This document shows positions 57,028-64,000 of a stretch of 64,000 bases of DNA, piece after piece. The position numbers and the translations under genes are program-made. Each line of letters starts with the position of its first letter. The stretch's first letter is position 1. The notes under the pieces are model-generated. The model was given only the letters and a program-made list of their open reading frames with translations. It was not told the origin of the DNA and did not search any database. This DNA comes from Octopus sinensis (taxonomy: Eukaryota), in the NCBI RefSeq assembly GCF_006345805.1, contig NC_043015.1, positions 3,596,001-3,660,000 of the forward strand, read 5' to 3'.

Positions 57028-57292
57028 TGATAACAATAATAATAATAATAATCATAATAATAATAATAATAATGATAATAATATTATTAATAATAATGAT
57101 AATAATAATAATAAGGATAATAATAATGATAATGATGATGATGAGGATGATGATGATGATGCTGGTGATGATGGTGGTGGTGGTGGTGAATATAATACTA
57201 AAAATGATGATGATAATGTTAAAAATATTAATAATGTGAACAACGATAACAGTAGTAACAAGAACGACACCACCAATGACAACAACAGCAAC

Positions 57293-57323
<31 letters not shown>

Positions 57324-57376
57324 CAACAACAACAACAACAACACTAATAATAATAATAATAATAATAATAGTAATA

Positions 57377-57439
<63 letters not shown>

Positions 57440-57480
57440 TAATAATAATAATATAATAATAATAATAATAGTAATAATAG
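56953..57480. repeat. Long (AAT)n/(GAT)n/(AAC)n compound microsatellite
   Basis: Seen directly. Confidence 0.95.
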
Positions 57481-58140
57481 TAATTCAGTAATGAGGATGC
57501 ACATCACCAATGTCGATAGAACCAGTAGAGTTATGGCTGATAATAATAGCAATGCAGCCAATGGTATTAACAAAAGCATCATCACCAATAGTACCACAGC
57601 TTCAACGTCTGCATTAAGAAACCCAGTGTCGCTGTAACCAGCAATAATTCATATAACACAAAAAGCAAATTAATATCATCATCGTCATCATCTGTCGTAT
57701 GTGCATCAGCTTACCACCCCCACTATGAACCTAAGATTACCACAGCAACTACATCGTCTTCTACACTACCAGCAGCTACAGTTTCTCCATTCTTTTTGCC
57801 ATCTGAATGCTATCAAGAGAACTACTAAGAATAAATGCAGCATTACAGACAAAACCAATTCTATGAATTTGGAAAACAGCAACACCAAACGCTTCCTCTT
57901 CAACACTATCACTAACGTTCTCTCAAAAGATCTGTCGTCAGAATCGTCTCAAAAACAAATAGCACGTAAGCAGTCCATCGCCGCACTCCCTTTCGTCAAA
58001 ATCTCGATAGCACACATCCTCATCGCCGGCAGCATCACTAGCATAACCATGAGGTACACATCCAACTCTACCGTGAACACCACCATCACAATCATTCTCA
58101 TAACCTTTCTTTCCACACTCCTGAAGAGCTCTACTATTTA

Positions 58141-58561
58141 CTCTTATATTCTTTTGTTTATTTCAGTCATGTGACTTCGGTCATGCTGATGCACCGCCTT
58201 TAATAGAGCAAATCGACCCGAGGACTTACTGTAAGCCTAGTACTTATTCCATCGGTTTCTTTTGCCGAACCGCTATGTTACGTGGACGTAAATACAATAA
58301 CACCGGTTGTCAAGCGATCTTGTGGGGGACAAACACAAACACACAAACATATACACACAAATACATATATATTTATATATATATATATATACATGCATAT
58401 ACACGACGGTCTTCTTTCAGTTTTCGTCTGCCAAATCCGCTCACAATGCTTTGGTCGCCTGAGGCTATAGTAGATGACACTTGCCCAAGGTGTCACACAG
58501 TGTGACCTAATCTGGAACTATGTGGTTTGTAAGCAATCTAGTTACCACACAGCCACTCCTA
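58141..58561 (-). mobile_element. CORE-like SINE (family B), full length
   Basis: Head aggagtggctgtgtggtaac, CORE-like ccttgggcaagtgtcatctactatagcctc, same 3' part as the other copies. Confidence 0.85.
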
Positions 58562-58794
58562 CGAATCTATCAAAGCTAGTTCCAAATTTCTAATCACAAT
58601 TATCACAATGCATCCACTACAAAAAATAATACCAGAAAATAAATCAAAACACACTGAAATCACTGTTCATACAACGAGGAAACTGCAAGCTGCACTGGGC
58701 AATATAATACTCTGTTTATTGTAGTAATTATTACAAAAGGAATGTTGGGGATTATTTAAAGAATAGAGCAGCCATATAGTGTGAGCTAAATACT

Positions 58795-59413
58795 GTTCTT
58801 TTCTACTCTAGGCTAAGGTCCGAAATTTGGGAGAAGGGGGCACTCGATTAGATCGACTCCAGTATGCAACCGGCACATAATTTATCGACCCCAAAGGGAT
58901 AAAAAGATAAAATCGATTTCGGCCGAATTTGAAGTCAGAACGTAAAGACAGATGAAACACCGCTATGCATTTCGCCCGGCGTGCTAAAGTTTCTTATTTC
59001 TTTCTTATATTGCCCACAAGGGGCTAAACATAGTGGAGATAAAAAAAGGACAGACAAAGTGATTACATCTATTTCATCAACTCTAGTGCGTAACTGGTAC
59101 TTAATTCATCGACCCGAAAAGGATGGAAGGCCAAGTCGACCTCGGCGGAATTTGAACTCAGAACGTAACGTCAGACAAAATACCTATTTCTTTACTACCC
59201 GCAAGAAGCTAAACATAGTGGAGACAAAAAAGGACAGACAAACGGATTAAGTCTATTACATCAACTCCAGTTCGTAACTGGTACTTAATTTATCGACCCC
59301 GAAAGGATGAAAGGCAAAGTCGACCTCGGCGGAATTTGAACTCACAACGTAACGCAGACGAAATAACGCTAAGCATTTCGCCCGGTGTGCTAACGCTCTG
59401 GCAGCTCGCCACC
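58795..59413 (-). mobile_element. Family A SINE dimer (58985-59413) plus an adjacent monomer with a variant tail (58795-58990)
   Basis: Reverse complements of the head and bodies seen at 7425-7855. Confidence 0.88.
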
Positions 59414-60439
59414 TTTGTGGTAAATGATATTGTTATAAAAATTACATTCACCATTTTAAACAATATCACTACCAACTACAACACTAAATCCACTACTGCT
59501 ATGTGGGACCAACAGCAACGAACTACAATGACGACTGACAATATAAACACTACTGCCTAACATCAACGCATATTTTTATCATCGCTATTAATGTCCCAAC
59601 CAAGGGCACCTCGAACCTTGGAAAAACCATATCAGGGAGCACCCTATATTAAAATTACCATGAGCAGAATAAGCTGCAGCATTAACTTAGCAACCTCAAC
59701 TAGCAATACCCCCACCACCAGCACCACCACCGCCGCAACCAACGACACCACCGCCACCACCACCAAAACCAACAACAACAACAACAACATTATTATTATT
59801 ATATTATTATTATTATTATTATTATATTATTATTATTATTATTAATATTAATAATAATAATAATAAGAAGAAGAAGAAGAATACGCCCACTATCACTTAT
59901 TTATCAGCATCACCTGCAACATCATTCATACACCACCAACTACCGATATTAGAAGCAGCGTATGGTTTTCACTGTCCCCAACGCCGATATATGAACAATA
60001 AATTTCTACCATTAAGCAAATCGTTGCCAAAATCTACAGCAAGTAGTAAAACACCCAGCCCACGTCATTCAGTTATAGTAGATGCAACAACATTAAAAGG
60101 AATTAGCCTAAGGCGATGCTGCCACATCAACCTTTGAAAAGTCTTTTGCCTGCACTGAGTCCCTTAAGCAAGAGAGACATTGCATACATCATAAGTCATT
60201 GCCAACATTATCGTCGCCGTCCACATCTTCATCAACATCATCATTTTCATCATCGTGAACATCGTCAGCATTATCATCAGGATAATTATCACCAGCCCAG
60301 CTATAACCATCGTGAATAACAAAGACATAATAAAAAATATTAAAAACAATAATAATAATAATAATAATTATCATGACAATAATAACAAGAATATAAATAA
60401 TAACAACAGCAATAAACGAAAATAATAATAATAGTTCAA

Positions 60440-60645
60440 ATTCTGACATAATGCCAGGAATTTTGGTGGGGTGGAGGGTTGATTAAATCGACCACAGTTT
60501 TTAACTGGTACCTAATTTTTCAACAACAAGAGGATGAAATGAAAAGTACACCTCATCCGAATTTGAATTAAGGAAGTGCAGACAGATGAAATAGCGCAAA
60601 TTATTTTGCCCTACGTGCTGACAATTCTGCCAGCTCGCAGCCTTA
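60440..60645 (-). mobile_element. Degenerate family A SINE monomer
   Basis: Reverse complement of ggctgcgagctggcagaattgtcagcacg..gaaaataatttgcgctatttc..ttcaaattcgg. Confidence 0.6.
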
Positions 60646-62823
60646 CATACTCAGCACAGAATGCAACCAGTAATACAACAAATGACTGCACTACATTTCA
60701 AAAGGAAAACAAATAACGTGATACAATACTGGAAAGAGCTTGCGCTCTTCCAACATCAGAAAAGAACGCAAAATGCAGTACACATTCCCACCAGCACGCG
60801 GGGTATAAGCAGGTGATGCACTAGAAATTTGCCTCAAACTACAAAGTGTTGAATAATTAATTAATAATAATAATAACAATAATAGCCTAAATTTTGGCAA
60901 ATGATCAGCAAATCCTGGTGATTTGGAAAGTTGGTAACATTGAACGGTACTTAATCTATCGACCCCGAAAGAATGCAAGGCAATACCAACATCGGAGGAA
61001 TTTGAGCTCCCTTAATACAGTTGGTACGTGGAAACGATCTGTAGTTTCGCCAACTATAACCATTCCTATTCGGTGAACGTGTTTTTGATCTGTCTATAAG
61101 GTACGTCTTTCCAGAGCTCGTCTGTTTCACAGAACAGTAATCATGGGTTAAGAAAGGACAAAGCTGGTTGCCTAACACTTTGATAATCGGTAGGTATTCG
61201 GGGCCCTCTTACCAGTCGGATAACGAGATCGGTCTGTGTCATCGTTTATCAATACATAAACTATTACTGACAGGTATGTGTGTCGACGACATCGGGGAGT
61301 CTCTGGGCGCCGAAAACAACCAATTATCTAGTATGTTCCGGCGAGAGTCCTTGTTAGGGACTACAACGGACTATCTTTAGTAGCGCTTAGCTTGCACGTG
61401 CAACCAAAAGTTTGCTCCCGGTTCAAGTTAAAATCTTAAAAGCATCGATGCTCTCAGAGCCAGTTTTGTTCAAGATACCCGTAGAGCGACGAAATACCTT
61501 GTTCGGCACGTACAGTTTTCGTCGTCGTCATCGTCATCGTCATCACCGTCGTCGTCGCGGGAGAGCGGGATTTCGTGTATCTGTATATACAAATACAAAC
61601 ATTACCTGCTGGCGATATAGTAATAGTTCGTTTAATCGACATTACAGAATATCTTAAGCAACGTAAAAAATGAACAAATATTTGGATTATTGTTACACAC
61701 AGAATGATTTGCGTGCGGGTGTGTCTTTGGCTAAATTCCGAGAAGCATCCGTGATTATTCTTTCTTTCTTTTTCATTGAGGAAGTATACAGACAAGCTCA
61801 AATATAAAAAAAGAAACTAATAGTACATCTGTCTAATAATTATTATATATATTATGATACATTCATTTATATATATGAGGATTTATAACAGGAGGAAATG
61901 AAATCTAAAAACTACTCGTCACGCATAACTTATTTTGTTCTTTAAATATCATGCTTTGAGAATCAGTTGCATATATAACAAGATTATGTTTCTTGTGTTT
62001 TGGTTGCTTTTTCTTACCTTATGAACTTGTTCAATATATCTTATATATTTCATGAAACATAAGTAAGCATAGGAATATCTCTACTTTAAAGCAAACAAGC
62101 GAAAACAATAAAGAAAAACAGAAAACGAATAAGGAGCGTAGCGCTTCAGAACATTATTGTTACTTGTTTATAAATTCAATGTTTTTGTTAATATATTGAG
62201 TGCAGTGTTCAACAAAAATCCAGTTATATATCCTTATGCGTTAAAGAAACGTGAAAAAATGCTAAATAAATAACAGCCAACGTTTCAATACTGTCGACTC
62301 GGCAAATTACTTTGGAGCTGTATCCGTCACTTAAGCATTCTGCCACCTAGCTTAGACTCAGTATTGATAATTCAGTTACAGTTCCTGATAGTATCAAAAA
62401 ATAGATATAAAATTTTGAACACAAGCTAGTCTGGCACATTGCCACCATTACAATGGATATGAAAATAACAATTGGTCTCTCCTGAGGGGAATACAAAGTT
62501 TCTTATTACATGTATATCTAATTGTAGATAGTATACTGAACGTATTAAGCATGTTAATAGCAATTTTACCTGTTGCTTTTCGTTTCTCGTTGTCTGTGAG
62601 AAGTACACTAAGTTATTTTCCATATAGAAAATTTCTAAATAATGTTACGTACGCACAGGTCAAGCATTATAAATTATCACATATTTTATTTTTATTTCTA
62701 TGCAATTTAACATTCAGGTTAGCGAAGGCATAAAAGTTTGTTAGCGTGTGATTTGTATTCAAGTACATAAATGTATTCATCATAAATTAACATGCATACA
62801 TACATACATACATACATACACAC

Positions 62824-62869
<46 letters not shown>

Positions 62870-64000
62870 GCGTGCGTATATGCGTACACTTCAGCATATA
62901 GTTTTATATACATATGTATGTGATGTATATAGAAACGTATGTCTGTGTTTGTAATCGTACGTATGTATTTACACACGTCCGCGTGGCTCTTTCAGTTTTC
63001 CCGTGTCGCTTTTTTGGTTCTTCTTGCTTTGCAAGAAACGTGAGTGAGGATGCATATCATTGTGCTTCGAAGACTCAGCAGGATTTTTAATCTTTAACCT
63101 CGAGGGAAATCCACTAAAATAATTCAGAGTGTTTATGTCCATGAAACCTAGTATTAAATAGGATAGTCCGATATCAAATCAAAAACATCATACTATCGTT
63201 TTGTTTTTGGCACAATGGCAGCAATTTTAGTGAGTGTAGATTTTACGATTACATTGGCTCCATTACTCATCTATTATATACTTTATGTACTCCGAAAGGA
63301 TGAAAAACACAGTTCTGAACAGACAATAAAATGTTAGACATTTTGGCTGATTTATAACAATTCGGCCATCTTGCCGCGTTACCAAAATTAGCAAATTATA
63401 CGACAAAATATTTACTGGGAGCTGAAATTTATCCTTAGTGTGCTGGTATTGCGAACTGTATAACTGAAAGAAATCAATTCATCGTTTGAAGAAAAGTTGA
63501 AATTCTACGGCAGAATTAACACTTCTATGTATGAACCGATAAGATGAGGCGGGCAATATATCTCGAGTTCGCGCATCCTTTAGATCACTAATCAAAAACC
63601 AATGACGAATAGCTGGCCAAACTGAACCGCATTGATGAACAACGCTGTCAGAATACACTGGTTCTGATTCTTAGATGAACATTTTACGCTTTCGATGAAG
63701 GATGGGATTTCAATTCGTCATAAAATGACCACTAAATAGAAACGAAGATGTTCTGTCAATGCGCGGGCGTAAAACAAATATACTTGAAATGTGAATGTAA
63801 ATATAATTTACCAATGCAATATGCTCAAAGATGTTTTGATTAAGTTTCTGTATCATCTGATACAAGCGATGTAAACAAAGTTCCTGTACGTACACATATT
63901 ATCAAGTTAAACAAAATTGTGTGATTGAGCAAAGGATGTATCAATATAAATATGCATTTCCTAATATACAGTGCATATACGGAATCGTAAATAGGCATAT

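Noticed and set aside
57701-58174. 157-aa plus-strand ORF
   Set aside because: GTG start in decayed CAT/CAC low-complexity sequence, with no motif or splice support.

Overview
This is AT-rich, microsatellite-dense eukaryotic genomic DNA with one 100-N scaffold gap. The SINE, Penelope, R4/Dong and mariner content looks like coleoid cephalopod, probably Octopus (inference from recalled repeat families, not a search). Almost all ORF-track entries are microsatellite or repeat artefacts. Reading splice signals on the minus strand gives 13 small exons (55706 down to 10671) that join with consistent phases into a 408-codon open frame. It has about 4 hydrophobic segments and a ~200-aa hydrophilic C-terminus, and I cannot assign it to a family. 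The middle and 3' exons are well supported; the 5' exons are tentative. A separate strong exon at 679-857 continues out of the window. The introns hold a Penelope-like element with ~480-bp inverted arms, and several Penelope-type minimal hammerhead ribozyme motifs with a U3-A8 core. One of these (48568-48609) looks intact and is sense to the host pre-mRNA. The introns also hold dimeric SINEs, internally deleted mariners, a tiny MITE carrying a SINE fragment, and decayed RLE-type LINE pieces next to (AAT)n/(GAA)n arrays.
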